Of a DNA stretch of 64,000 nt, positions 23,383 through 31,890 are shown in pieces. The notes beneath the pieces were generated by a model, which was not told the DNA's origin, ran no database searches, and saw only the letters and a list, made by a program, of their open reading frames with translations. Position numbers and translations under genes: made by a program. Each line of letters begins with the position of its first letter. The stretch's first letter is position 1. The DNA comes from an uncultured Chloroflexia bacterium. Its GTDB lineage: Bacteria > Chloroflexota > Limnocylindria > Limnocylindrales > CSP1-4. Location of the stretch: contig CAWEZH010000002.1 in assembly GCA_963813535.1 (NCBI GenBank), forward strand, positions 288,001-352,000. Reading direction: 5' to 3'.

Positions 23383-25206
23383 ATGACCTCACCGACCGAC
23401 CCGCAGACCCGCCCGTATGACGTGCTCGTCATCGGCGCCGGCGGAGCGGGTCTCCGCGCGGCGATCGCCGCTCAAGCGGCGGGTGCCGATGTGGGCCTGG
23501 TATGCAAGTCCCTCCTCGGCAAGGCCCACACGGTCATGGCCGAAGGCGGGGTCGCCGCGGCGCTCACCCACGTGTCGCCCGACGATGACTGGCAGGTGCA
23601 TTTCCGCGACACGATGGTGGGCGGCAAATACCTGAACAACCCGCGGATGGCGCAGCTCCACGCCATCGAGTCGCCCGCCCGTGTGCGCGAGCTCGAGGCC
23701 TGGGGCGCCGTGTTCGACCGGACGCGCGATGGCCGCATCCTCCAGCGTCCGTTCGGAGGCCATTCGCATGCGCGCCTTGCCCACGTCGGCGACCGGACCG
23801 GGCTCGAGATGATCCGGACCCTCCAGGACCGCGTCGTGGCCGCCGGCATCGACGTGTATATGGAGTGCACGATCACCCGGCTCACGACCAGCAGCGCCGG
23901 CGTGACAGGAGCGGTCGGCTACTGGCGGACGACGGGCCGCCCGGTCGTCTTCCCGGCCCGGTCGATCATCCTCGCGACGGGCGGCATCGGTCGCGCCTAC
24001 GAGGTCACCTCGAACTCCTGGGAGTACAGCGGTGACGGCCAGTCATTGGCGTACGAGGCCGGTGCCGAGCTCATCGACATGGAGTTCGTCCAGTTCCACC
24101 CGACCGGCATGGTCTGGCCGCCGGGTGTCCGCGGCCTGCTCGTGACCGAGGCGGTGCGCGGTGAGGGCGGGATCCTGCGCAATGCCGCCGGCGAACGTTT
24201 CATGTGGACGTACCTGCCGGAAGAGCGTCGACGCGAGTACGCGGCCGACGACGCCGAGGCCGCCCGCTGGGTGACGGCGCTGTCGGAAGGCAAACAGACC
24301 GACGCTCGCCGGCCGCCCGAGCTGTCGACCCGGGACAACGTGTCGCGGGCGATCTACACGGAGGTCAAGGAAGGCCGCGGATCGCCGCACGGCGGTGTCT
24401 TCCTCGACATCAGCTACTTGCCCGCCGACCACGTCCGGCGCAAGTTGCCGTCGATGTACGAGCAGTTCAAGGAACTCGCGGACGTCGATATCACGGCAGG
24501 CCCGATGGAGGTCGGGCCGACGACCCACTACGTGATGGGCGGCATCCGCGTCGAGGCCGAGGATGGGGCGACACGGGTCGCGGGTCTGTTCGCGGCGGGC
24601 GAGGTCGCCGGTGGGATGCACGGCGCCAACCGGCTCGGTGGCAACTCGCTGTCGGACCTGCTGGTCTTCGGCGCGCGGACCGGCCTCGGAGCCACTGCCC
24701 ACGCGCGGACGATCGAGGGCCAGCCGCATATCGACCCGGTCCAGGTGATGGCCGCGTTGCGGGAGCTGGACGGCCCACTGGAGCGGACATCCGGCGAGGA
24801 CCCGTACGCGATCCACCGTGACCTCCAGGCGGTCATGCAGCAACGTGTCGGCATCTTCCGGATCGAGGAGGACCTCGAGGCAGCGCTGACCGAGCTGGCC
24901 GAGTTGCGCCGCCGCTGGTCGATGATCTGTGTCGACGGGGGGCGCGCCTACAACCCGGGCTGGAACCTCGTCTTCGAATTGGGCAACCTATTGACCGTAT
25001 CCGAGGCGATCGCGCGCAGCGCTCGCCAGCGCACGGAGAGTCGAGGCGCTCACAGTCGCCTCGATTACCCCGAGACCGACGACGAGCAGTGGGGCCACCG
25101 CAACAACACGGTCGCCAGGGAGGAGGACGGCACGATGGTCGCCTACACGACGCCGCTCCCGGAGATGGACGACGAGCTCCGGGTCCTGCTCGCGGCCGAC
25201 CATTGA
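23383..25206 (+). CDS. sdhA: Succinate dehydrogenase/fumarate reductase flavoprotein subunit
   Basis: GAGGAG, KAHTVMAEGG, QFHPTG, TEAVRGEG, HGANRLGGNSL and ESRGAH. Confidence 0.95.
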   Translation: MTSPTDPQTRPYDVLVIGAGGAGLRAAIAAQAAGADVGLVCKSLLGKAHTVMAEGGVAAALTHVSPDDDWQVHFRDTMVGGKYLNNPRMAQLHAIESPARVRELEAWGAVFDRTRDGRILQRPFGGHSHARLAHVGDRTGLEMIRTLQDRVVAAGIDVYMECTITRLTTSSAGVTGAVGYWRTTGRPVVFPARSIILATGGIGRAYEVTSNSWEYSGDGQSLAYEAGAELIDMEFVQFHPTGMVWPPGVRGLLVTEAVRGEGGILRNAAGERFMWTYLPEERRREYAADDAEAARWVTALSEGKQTDARRPPELSTRDNVSRAIYTEVKEGRGSPHGGVFLDISYLPADHVRRKLPSMYEQFKELADVDITAGPMEVGPTTHYVMGGIRVEAEDGATRVAGLFAAGEVAGGMHGANRLGGNSLSDLLVFGARTGLGATAHARTIEGQPHIDPVQVMAALRELDGPLERTSGEDPYAIHRDLQAVMQQRVGIFRIEEDLEAALTELAELRRRWSMICVDGGRAYNPGWNLVFELGNLLTVSEAIARSARQRTESRGAHSRLDYPETDDEQWGHRNNTVAREEDGTMVAYTTPLPEMDDELRVLLAADH

Positions 25207-25220
25207 GTACGGAGGCACGT

Positions 25221-26069
25221 ATGACCGAGGCAGCCACGACCGAGCCGGCGGCGTCGGACGCGAAGCTCCGGGTGTTCCGCGGCTCGCCCGGGACCGAGTC
25301 GCGTTTCGATGAGTTCGACGTGCCAGTCGAGTCCGGGATGGTGGTGCTCGATGCGCTGCATTGGATCCAGGGCCACGTCGCGCCGGATCTCGCCGTGCGG
25401 TGGAACTGCAAGGCGGCCAAATGCGGTTCGTGCGGCGCCGAGGTCAACGGCCGCCCGAGCCTGACGTGCAAGACGCGCCTGTCCGACTTCGAGCCCGACG
25501 AGCCGATCACCGTCGAGCCGATGCGCGCCTTCCCGCTGATCAAGGACCTCGTCACCGACGTCTCGTGGAACTACGAGGTCAACAAGACGATCGAGCCGTT
25601 CACGCCGCCGGCCGACGTGCCGCAGGAGGACTGGCGCTGGCAGCAGCAGGACATCGAGCGCGTGCAGGAGTTCCGCAAGTGCATCGAGTGCTTCCTGTGC
25701 CAGGACGTCTGCCATGTCCTGCGCAACCACGAGACCAAGCGGCCGTTCATGGGGCCGCGCTACATCGTCCGGGCGGCCGGGCTCGAGCTCCATCCGATCG
25801 ACCAGGCCGACCGGCGCGAGTACCTCAAGGACAGTGGTGGGATCGGCTATTGCAACATCACCAAGTGCTGCACCGAGGTCTGTCCGGAGCACATCAAGAT
25901 CACGGATAACGCGATCATCCCGTTGAAGGAGCGCGTCGCCGACGAGTTCTACGACCCGCTGCACTGGGCGTGGCGCAAGCTGCGCGGGCAGGGATCGGAG
26001 TCCGGCACGCGGGTCGAGCTGCCTGTGCTGCAGGGCCAGCCCCAGCCCCCCGACCAGTCACCCGATTGA
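25221..26069 (+). CDS. sdhB: Succinate dehydrogenase iron-sulfur subunit
   Basis: CKAAKCGSC, CIECFLCQDVC and CNITKCCTEVCP. Confidence 0.95.
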   Translation: MTEAATTEPAASDAKLRVFRGSPGTESRFDEFDVPVESGMVVLDALHWIQGHVAPDLAVRWNCKAAKCGSCGAEVNGRPSLTCKTRLSDFEPDEPITVEPMRAFPLIKDLVTDVSWNYEVNKTIEPFTPPADVPQEDWRWQQQDIERVQEFRKCIECFLCQDVCHVLRNHETKRPFMGPRYIVRAAGLELHPIDQADRREYLKDSGGIGYCNITKCCTEVCPEHIKITDNAIIPLKERVADEFYDPLHWAWRKLRGQGSESGTRVELPVLQGQPQPPDQSPD

Positions 26070-26079
26070 CGATCGTGGC

Positions 26080-26571
26080 GTGAACCCGGCGCCCGCGCGG
26101 GAAGGACCCGTCTACATCGTCCGCACTGACGGGGCGGCGCGGGGCAACCCGGGTCCGGCCTCCGCCGGTGCCGCCCTGTTCCGAGCCGACCGGGCGGACG
26201 CCCGCGATCCGCGGGCGACCCCGGACGCCTCCATCTCCGACTACCTGGGCGTCCAGACCAACAACGTCGCCGAGTACACGGGCGTCGTCCGGGCACTCGA
26301 CCTGGCGCGTGAGCTCGGCGCCATCGAAGTGCACCTGCTGCTCGACTCGAAGCTGATCGTCGAGCAGCTCGCCGGGCGCTGGCGGGTCAAGGACGCGAAG
26401 CTGATCCCCTTGTGGGCGGCCGCGCGCGCGACCCTCAACGGGTTCACGCGCTGGACGGCGACCCACGTCCCGCGTGCCCAGAACGGCGTCGCGGACGCGC
26501 TTGCGAACGAGGCCATCGATCGTGCCCACGCGGGCGGTGCCGCATCGGTGGTCCGCCGACCCGACGGCTGA
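26080..26571 (+). CDS. rnhA: Ribonuclease HI family protein
   Basis: TDGAARGNPG, TNNVAEY, DSKLIVEQ and N..ADALAN. Confidence 0.92.
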   Translation: MNPAPAREGPVYIVRTDGAARGNPGPASAGAALFRADRADARDPRATPDASISDYLGVQTNNVAEYTGVVRALDLARELGAIEVHLLLDSKLIVEQLAGRWRVKDAKLIPLWAAARATLNGFTRWTATHVPRAQNGVADALANEAIDRAHAGGAASVVRRPDG

Positions 26572-27596
26572 TGCGGGACCCCGGCCGGCGCCCGCCGGGC
26601 GTCTGGCCGCGCGACCGCCCCGTGCGCTGGGCGGGCGTGGCGGGGAACATGGGCTGGTTCGTGATCGGAACGGTCGCGGCAGCCTTCCAGATCGCCCTCG
26701 CCATCCCGGTCCTCGCCGTCGGACACGGTTGGCTCGGCGTCGCCCTGGCCCTCATCTGGGGTGCCGCGACGCTGTTCGCTGCCTGGGCGTGGCTCTTCGG
26801 CAAGTGGCGGATCCTGATCGCCCCGATCCTTACCCTGATCGCCATCCTCGTCGTTCGGCAGGTCGGCGGGCCGCCGCCACCGCCGGTGGCGGGTCCGTTC
26901 TTGACCGACAACCCGGCTGGTGTCGTCGAGGGCGTCGCCTACCGACCGGCGATCGATCCCGCCGCGTTCTCGACGGATATCACCAACCGTTTCATGCCGC
27001 TGGTGCCGGGAACATCCCTCACCTACATCGGCGACGGCGAACGCGTCGTCGTGACCGTCACCGGCCGCACTCGAACGGTCATGGGGATCGAGACGGTGGT
27101 CGTGCGCGACAGCGTCTATGTCGGCACATCGCTCATCGAGGACACCGAGGACTGGTTCGCCCAGGACGATGCGGGGAACGTCTGGTATTTCGGCGAGGAC
27201 ACGGCGGAGTGCCGCGGTGGCGCGGTGGTCAGTCACTCGGGCGCCTGGGAGGCAGGGGTCGACGGGGCGCAGCCCGGCATCGTCATGCTCGGTCGGCCCC
27301 GTGTGGGTGACTACTACCGCCAGGAGGCGTACCCGGGCCACGCCGAGGATGTCGCCCGGGTCCGCGAGCTCGGTGCGCGCGTCGTCCACCCGCAACGAAC
27401 CTACGACGAGGTCCTGGTCACCGAGGACTTCACGCCTCTCGAGCCCGGGCACCTCGAGCACAAGTCCTACGCACCGGATGTCGGCCTGATCGAAGCCAGT
27501 TCGCCGGCCGACCAGGGCGATGCGCAGCGGCTGGTCGAGGTCACCGTCAGCCCCGAACCGGCCACATCGGGCGTCGAGGCGCTCTGCCAAGGGTAG
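26571..27596 (+). CDS. Membrane-anchored hypothetical protein (about 3 TM helices plus a soluble domain)
   Basis: Hydrophobic N-terminus, then ITNRFMPLVPG...EDWFAQDDAGNVWYFGE...WEAGVDGA...TPLEPG...K.YAP.VG. Confidence 0.7.
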   Translation: MRDPGRRPPGVWPRDRPVRWAGVAGNMGWFVIGTVAAAFQIALAIPVLAVGHGWLGVALALIWGAATLFAAWAWLFGKWRILIAPILTLIAILVVRQVGGPPPPPVAGPFLTDNPAGVVEGVAYRPAIDPAAFSTDITNRFMPLVPGTSLTYIGDGERVVVTVTGRTRTVMGIETVVVRDSVYVGTSLIEDTEDWFAQDDAGNVWYFGEDTAECRGGAVVSHSGAWEAGVDGAQPGIVMLGRPRVGDYYRQEAYPGHAEDVARVRELGARVVHPQRTYDEVLVTEDFTPLEPGHLEHKSYAPDVGLIEASSPADQGDAQRLVEVTVSPEPATSGVEALCQG

Positions 27597-27605
27597 AATC
27601 AACCG

Positions 27606-27985
27606 GTCAGCGAGGCGGTCGGATGGTCGCGCGGCATCGAGCGGGGTGACCTGCCGGCATGCCGTGAGGAAAGTCCGAGCTCCCCAGCGCAGGGTGGCGG
27701 GTAATACCCGTCCGTCGCGAGACGAGGACTAGTGCCACAGTGACGATGCCGTCGTTCGACTTCGGTCGGAGGACGGAGTGAAACGGGCAAACTCCACCTG
27801 GAGCAAGGCCAAATAGGAGGGCGCAACCCGCGCCGGGAAACCGGCCGGGGGAGAGGCGCGCTGCCCAGCCCTCGGGTCGGCCGCATGAGCCGTCGGGCGA
27901 CCGGCGGCCTCAGATGGATGGCCATCGCCAACGGCGCTGAGGCGCCGATGGCACAGAACTCGGCTTACAGACCGCCCTCGCTGAC
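27606..27985 (+). ncRNA. rnpB: RNase P RNA
   Basis: GAGGAAAGTCCG, AGTGCCACAG, GAGCAAGGCCAAATAGG and ACAGAACTCGGCTTA. P1 pairs 27606-27620 with 27970-27985. -10 TAGAAT at 27594-27599. Confidence 0.97.
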
Positions 27986-27992
27986 GCACGAA

Positions 27993-28026
27993 AACCTCGG
28001 GCCGATGGCAACCTCGGGCCGATGGC
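27993..28026. repeat. Exact 17-bp tandem duplication
   Basis: AACCTCGGGCCGATGGC twice, plus a partial CCTCGGGCC at 28042. Confidence 0.8.
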
Positions 28027-28092
28027 GTCGGAGGACCTCCGCCTCGGGCCTCGGTGCGCGAGTGTCAGCTGCGAGCTGAGGGTGCCAGGTCC

Positions 28093-28335
28093 CTAGTCTT
28101 CGTCGGGACGGAAGATGTGGGGCGCCGTGCAGGCATTGCAGATCGGCATGGCCGATTCGAGATCGCCGAGCGGGATCGGGATCTTCCGGTCGGGGAACAG
28201 GCACTCCACGTCATAGATCCGGTCGGAACCCGCCTCGACATCGATCAGGCGCCGGAACGTGCAGCGCTTGATGCGGTGCGGCGCCAGGTGATAGGCGTCG
28301 GGCTGGGGCGGGATGACGGGGAGAGGGAGTGCCAT
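28093..28335 (-). CDS. Small 4-Cys protein (80 aa), putatively metal-binding
   Basis: C25-x19-C45-x20-C66xxC69, fills the intergenic gap, coding-like codon usage. Confidence 0.75.
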   Translation of the reverse strand: MALPLPVIPPQPDAYHLAPHRIKRCTFRRLIDVEAGSDRIYDVECLFPDRKIPIPLGDLESAMPICNACTAPHIFRPDED

Positions 28336-28480
28336 CGGAACGTTCGGGTCCTCGCGGATGCCGGCAGAAGATGGTCACATCGACCTTGGCGCCGGAGCCT
28401 AGCACCGGCTTCTCGGCGCCGGCAAGGCGCGAAAGGTACTAGACTCCGCGCCGTCCGAGTCCACCGAAGCTGGAGGTCGC

Positions 28481-29590
28481 GTGGCCGAAGACCAGTCCCC
28501 GCCGCCCAAACCGCGCCCCCGTCGACGGCGAACGGACATCGATCCGAACGCCCCAACCCCGCCCGTCGCGCACGAGCGGCGTCGGAAGCGCAAGCCGGCC
28601 GCTGCCTCCGATCCGAAGGTCGACCCGGCCGTTCTTGCGGCGATGGCGGCGTCCGGACTCGACGGGCCGGCGGTCCCGGTCGAGCCCCAGAACCACGACG
28701 CCTCGGGGTTCCACGTCCCCGGCATGGTCGCGGCTGCGGCCGTGGTCGGCGCGGTCAGGTCGGATGACGACGACGACCCCGCGACAACCGACGGGGCCAC
28801 GTCCCAGGTGTACCCGGAAGCCCGCCCGACGTGGCTCGGGATGCTCGACGACCGCTCACCCGACCCCAACGTGTGCCCCTTCCTGCGCTCGGCGGGTGAG
28901 CGCGGCCTGGCATCGCCGATCGAGGCGCCCGACCAGGCCAACCGCTGCGCCGCCCTGGCCGAGGCCGTGCCGCAGTCACTGCGCCAACAGGAACTGGTCT
29001 GTCTGACCACCGGTCACGTCAATTGCCCGCGATACCTGCGCGGCGCCGCCGTGATGACCGAAACCCCGACCGTGATCGTCCGCGAGGGTCGGGCGATGTC
29101 GCGGGCCATGCTCGGCTCGTTGGTCGTGCTGATCGCGGCATTGACGGCGTCGGTCGCCTTCGTCCTTGCCCGGGGTGGAGCACTCGACATCGACGAGCTC
29201 GGGCCGCGACCTTCGTCGCCGGTGGTCGGCGTAGCATCCCCATCGGTGTCGCTCGCCCCAGCCGCGTCGCCAACGACAGTGGCCCAGGCCACGCCGTCGC
29301 CGACGCCCACGCCGACCGCCACCCCGACCCCGACGCCGACACCGACCCCCACGCCCGCACCGACACGGACACCCCGTCCGACGCCGTCGTCTGACCGGTA
29401 CCAGCTCCTGCGGGCGTGCTCGGGCACGTCGAACTGCTGGATCTACACCGTCCGACGAGGGGACAACCTCTTCAGCATCGCTCGCTACTTCGGCGTCTCC
29501 CAGGACAGCATCTACGCGCGGAATCCGTGGTTGCGGAACGGCGGGCTGCGCGCCGGACAGGATCTGCGGCTGCCGCCTCCCACGCGCTAG
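28481..29590 (+). CDS. LysM peptidoglycan-binding membrane protein with N-terminal Cys cluster and Pro/Thr linker
   Basis: CPFL..NRC..CLT..HVNCPRY, TM helix, (PT)n, then LysM YTVRRGDNLFSIARYFGV...GQDLRLP. Confidence 0.88.
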   Translation: MAEDQSPPPKPRPRRRRTDIDPNAPTPPVAHERRRKRKPAAASDPKVDPAVLAAMAASGLDGPAVPVEPQNHDASGFHVPGMVAAAAVVGAVRSDDDDDPATTDGATSQVYPEARPTWLGMLDDRSPDPNVCPFLRSAGERGLASPIEAPDQANRCAALAEAVPQSLRQQELVCLTTGHVNCPRYLRGAAVMTETPTVIVREGRAMSRAMLGSLVVLIAALTASVAFVLARGGALDIDELGPRPSSPVVGVASPSVSLAPAASPTTVAQATPSPTPTPTATPTPTPTPTPTPAPTRTPRPTPSSDRYQLLRACSGTSNCWIYTVRRGDNLFSIARYFGVSQDSIYARNPWLRNGGLRAGQDLRLPPPTR

Positions 29591-29684
29591 GCCGAGGGCC
29601 GCTCCCGCCAGGCAGCCCGAACGCCAGCCCATCGCCCGGCACCCCCACCCGCAGCCCCGCGATCCGAAAGGACCTATTTCTGCA

Positions 29685-29747
29685 TTGACGCGGGCCGAAT
29701 CACGCCCTACGATGCATCGAAGTGGTCCAAAGTGGTGGGAAGTGGGG
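29685..29747 (+). promoter_or_regulatory. dcw promoter with three MraZ boxes
   Basis: TTGACG-17bp-TACGAT (29685-29713), then AGTGG at 29721, 29731 and 29741 (10-bp periodicity typical of MraZ operators). Confidence 0.85.
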
Positions 29748-29811
29748 AGCAGAACCGAGAGGGGCCCCAACCCCGAGGGACCAGCCGAGATAGTCCAAGG
29801 AGCCCCTACGG

Positions 29812-30240
29812 GTGTTCACCGGCGAGTACCGGCACACGGTGGACGACAAGGGACGGATCGCCGTCCCCGCGAAGTTCCGCGTCCAGTTGGGCGCGGGTGC
29901 TGTCGTGTCCCGCTGGCTCGATGCCTGTCTGGCGATCCACACGCAAGCGGGTTGGGACGCCCTCGCCGCAAAGGTCGCGGCGCTGCCCATCACCGACCAG
30001 AACGCGCGCCGCTTCCAGCGGTTGATCTTCGCGGGAGCCGCGGAGGTCGAGCTCGACCGACAGGGCCGGATCCTGCTGCCGAGTTACCTGCGCGAGCACA
30101 TCGACCTCGGCAATGACGCCGTCGTCGTCGGCTCGCGCGATCACGCCGAGATCTGGGTCCCCGCCACCTGGGCCACGTACGCCCGGGGCCTCGAGGACTC
30201 CGACGAGCTGGCCCAGGCCTTCCAGGGCCTTGGGATCTAG
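29812..30240 (+). CDS. mraZ: Division/cell wall cluster regulator MraZ
   Basis: FTGEYRHTVDDKGR and LDRQGRILLP. Confidence 0.96.
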   Translation: MFTGEYRHTVDDKGRIAVPAKFRVQLGAGAVVSRWLDACLAIHTQAGWDALAAKVAALPITDQNARRFQRLIFAGAAEVELDRQGRILLPSYLREHIDLGNDAVVVGSRDHAEIWVPATWATYARGLEDSDELAQAFQGLGI

Positions 30241-30300
30241 CTCCACCACATGCGCTTCCAGGATCCGCTCGGGATCCGATCGACGAGGAGTGGAGGACAG

Positions 30301-31248
30301 ATGGAGGTAGGGCACATCCCGGTGCTGGCAGAGGAGGTCATGTCGATGCTCGCGCCTGCCCCGGGGAACCTCCAGATCGACGCCACCCTCGGCGGCGGTG
30401 GGCACACCGAGCGGATCCTGGAGGCGACCGACCCTGATGGCCGCCTCCTCGGCCTGGATGCCGATGGGGCGGCCATCGCCAGAGTGGACGGTCGCCTCCG
30501 CCCCCGTTTCGGGGATCGACTGGTGCTGCGCCGGGCGAATTTCCGCGATCTCGCGACCGTCGCCCGCGACGCCGGGTTCGAGCAGGTCGACGGCACGCTC
30601 TTCGACCTCGGACTGTCGAGCTACCAGCTGGCCGACACCGACCGCGGCTTCGGGTTCCGCGCGGGTGGCCCGCTCGACATGCGCTTCGATACCAGCCGAG
30701 GGCTGCCGGCCTCGGAGTTGCTTGCGACGCTCGACGTCGATGAGCTCACCGCGCTGTTCCGGCGCTACGGCGAGGAACCGAAGGCGCGGCGCATCGCTCG
30801 GGCCATCGTGGACGCACGCCGCTCGACGCCGATCGCCACGGCCGAGGACCTTGCCGCGCTCGTCGAGCGCGTCGCTCCGCCGAATCCGCGCCAGCCGCGT
30901 CGGACCCATCCCGCCACTCGCGTGTTCCAGGCGCTTCGGATCGCGGTCAACGAGGAGCTGGACGCGCTCCAGGAAGGGCTGGCCACGGCGGTCGACCTGC
31001 TGCGCCCGGGCGGCCGGCTGGTCGTCCTCAGCTACCACTCCCTCGAGGACCGCATCGTCAAGCGCTTCATCGCCGCCGAGCGGCGCGGTTGCGTCTGTCC
31101 CCCCGAGCTGCCGGTCTGCGTCTGCGGCCGGAACCCCCGCCTCCGACTCCTGACCCGCCCGTCGGTGACACCGACCCGGGCCGAGGTCGAGGCCAATCCA
31201 CGCGCCCGCAGCGCTCGCCTGCGGGCCGCCGAACGACTCGCCGCCTAG
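30301..31248 (+). CDS. rsmH: 16S rRNA m4C1402 methyltransferase
   Basis: HIPVL, DATLGGGGH, DLGLSS, PLDMR, FQALRIAVN and NPRARSARLR. Confidence 0.96.
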   Translation: MEVGHIPVLAEEVMSMLAPAPGNLQIDATLGGGGHTERILEATDPDGRLLGLDADGAAIARVDGRLRPRFGDRLVLRRANFRDLATVARDAGFEQVDGTLFDLGLSSYQLADTDRGFGFRAGGPLDMRFDTSRGLPASELLATLDVDELTALFRRYGEEPKARRIARAIVDARRSTPIATAEDLAALVERVAPPNPRQPRRTHPATRVFQALRIAVNEELDALQEGLATAVDLLRPGGRLVVLSYHSLEDRIVKRFIAAERRGCVCPPELPVCVCGRNPRLRLLTRPSVTPTRAEVEANPRARSARLRAAERLAA

Positions 31249-31281
31249 GCGCGGCATCCCCGCACGGAAGGAGGAGCCCCC

Positions 31282-31479
31282 ATGAGCAAGGGACACCACG
31301 CCAGGCGGCGCAAGTCCTACGGCCGTCGTCAGCATGAGGTCCGTGAGCGGCACGATCGCTCGCAGCACGCGGAGGCGTCCGCGATCGACCGCGACGAGTG
31401 GGGTTCGGGGGCACCGTCCGACCCGTTGTCGTTCCTCGATCCGCGCACGCCGCGTTTCCGCTTCGCGATCGGCGACTGA
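31282..31479 (+). CDS. Small hypothetical protein (65 aa) inside the dcw operon
   Basis: Strong SD GAAGGAGGAG 5 nt before ATG. Fills the rsmH-ftsL gap. Confidence 0.75.
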   Translation: MSKGHHARRRKSYGRRQHEVRERHDRSQHAEASAIDRDEWGSGAPSDPLSFLDPRTPRFRFAIGD

Positions 31480-31482
31480 ACG

Positions 31483-31872
31483 ATGGCTGTCTATCAGGGA
31501 GCACGCCCTCGCACGATCGCCCTACCGGGTCGGCCACGGCTCCTCGACACGCCCTTGCCGACGCTGCCGAGGCGCCGCGCCCGGGCCGCGGTCCGTGCCA
31601 ACCGGACGGTCACCGCGCGACCCGGCCTGTTCCTCGGGTTGATCGTGGTCGCGTTCATGCTGGCCTTCTTCTCACTCGCGCAGCAGGTCCGGGTGTCGGC
31701 CACGAGCTACGACATCGGTCGGTTGCAGGTGGAGCGCGAGCGGCTCGACGCACGCCTCCAGGAGATCACCTCCGACGTGAGCCGACTCGGGCGCGAGCCC
31801 GCCGTCCGCAAGCTCGCCCTGGACGGTGGCCTCGGCGAGCTGGGCGAGGCCGTGACGCTTCCGGCGCGCTGA
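31483..31872 (+). CDS. ftsL: FtsL-like cell division protein
   Basis: Cytoplasmic N-terminus, single TM, coiled coil, directly before ftsI. Confidence 0.8.
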   Translation: MAVYQGARPRTIALPGRPRLLDTPLPTLPRRRARAAVRANRTVTARPGLFLGLIVVAFMLAFFSLAQQVRVSATSYDIGRLQVERERLDARLQEITSDVSRLGREPAVRKLALDGGLGELGEAVTLPAR

Positions 31873-31890
31873 TCGACTGAGCTGACAGCG

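Noticed and set aside
29285-29392. Short tandem repeats (ACGCCG/ACCCCG) resembling an array
   Set aside because: They encode the Pro-Thr linker of the LysM protein. No spacers or cas genes, so not CRISPR.
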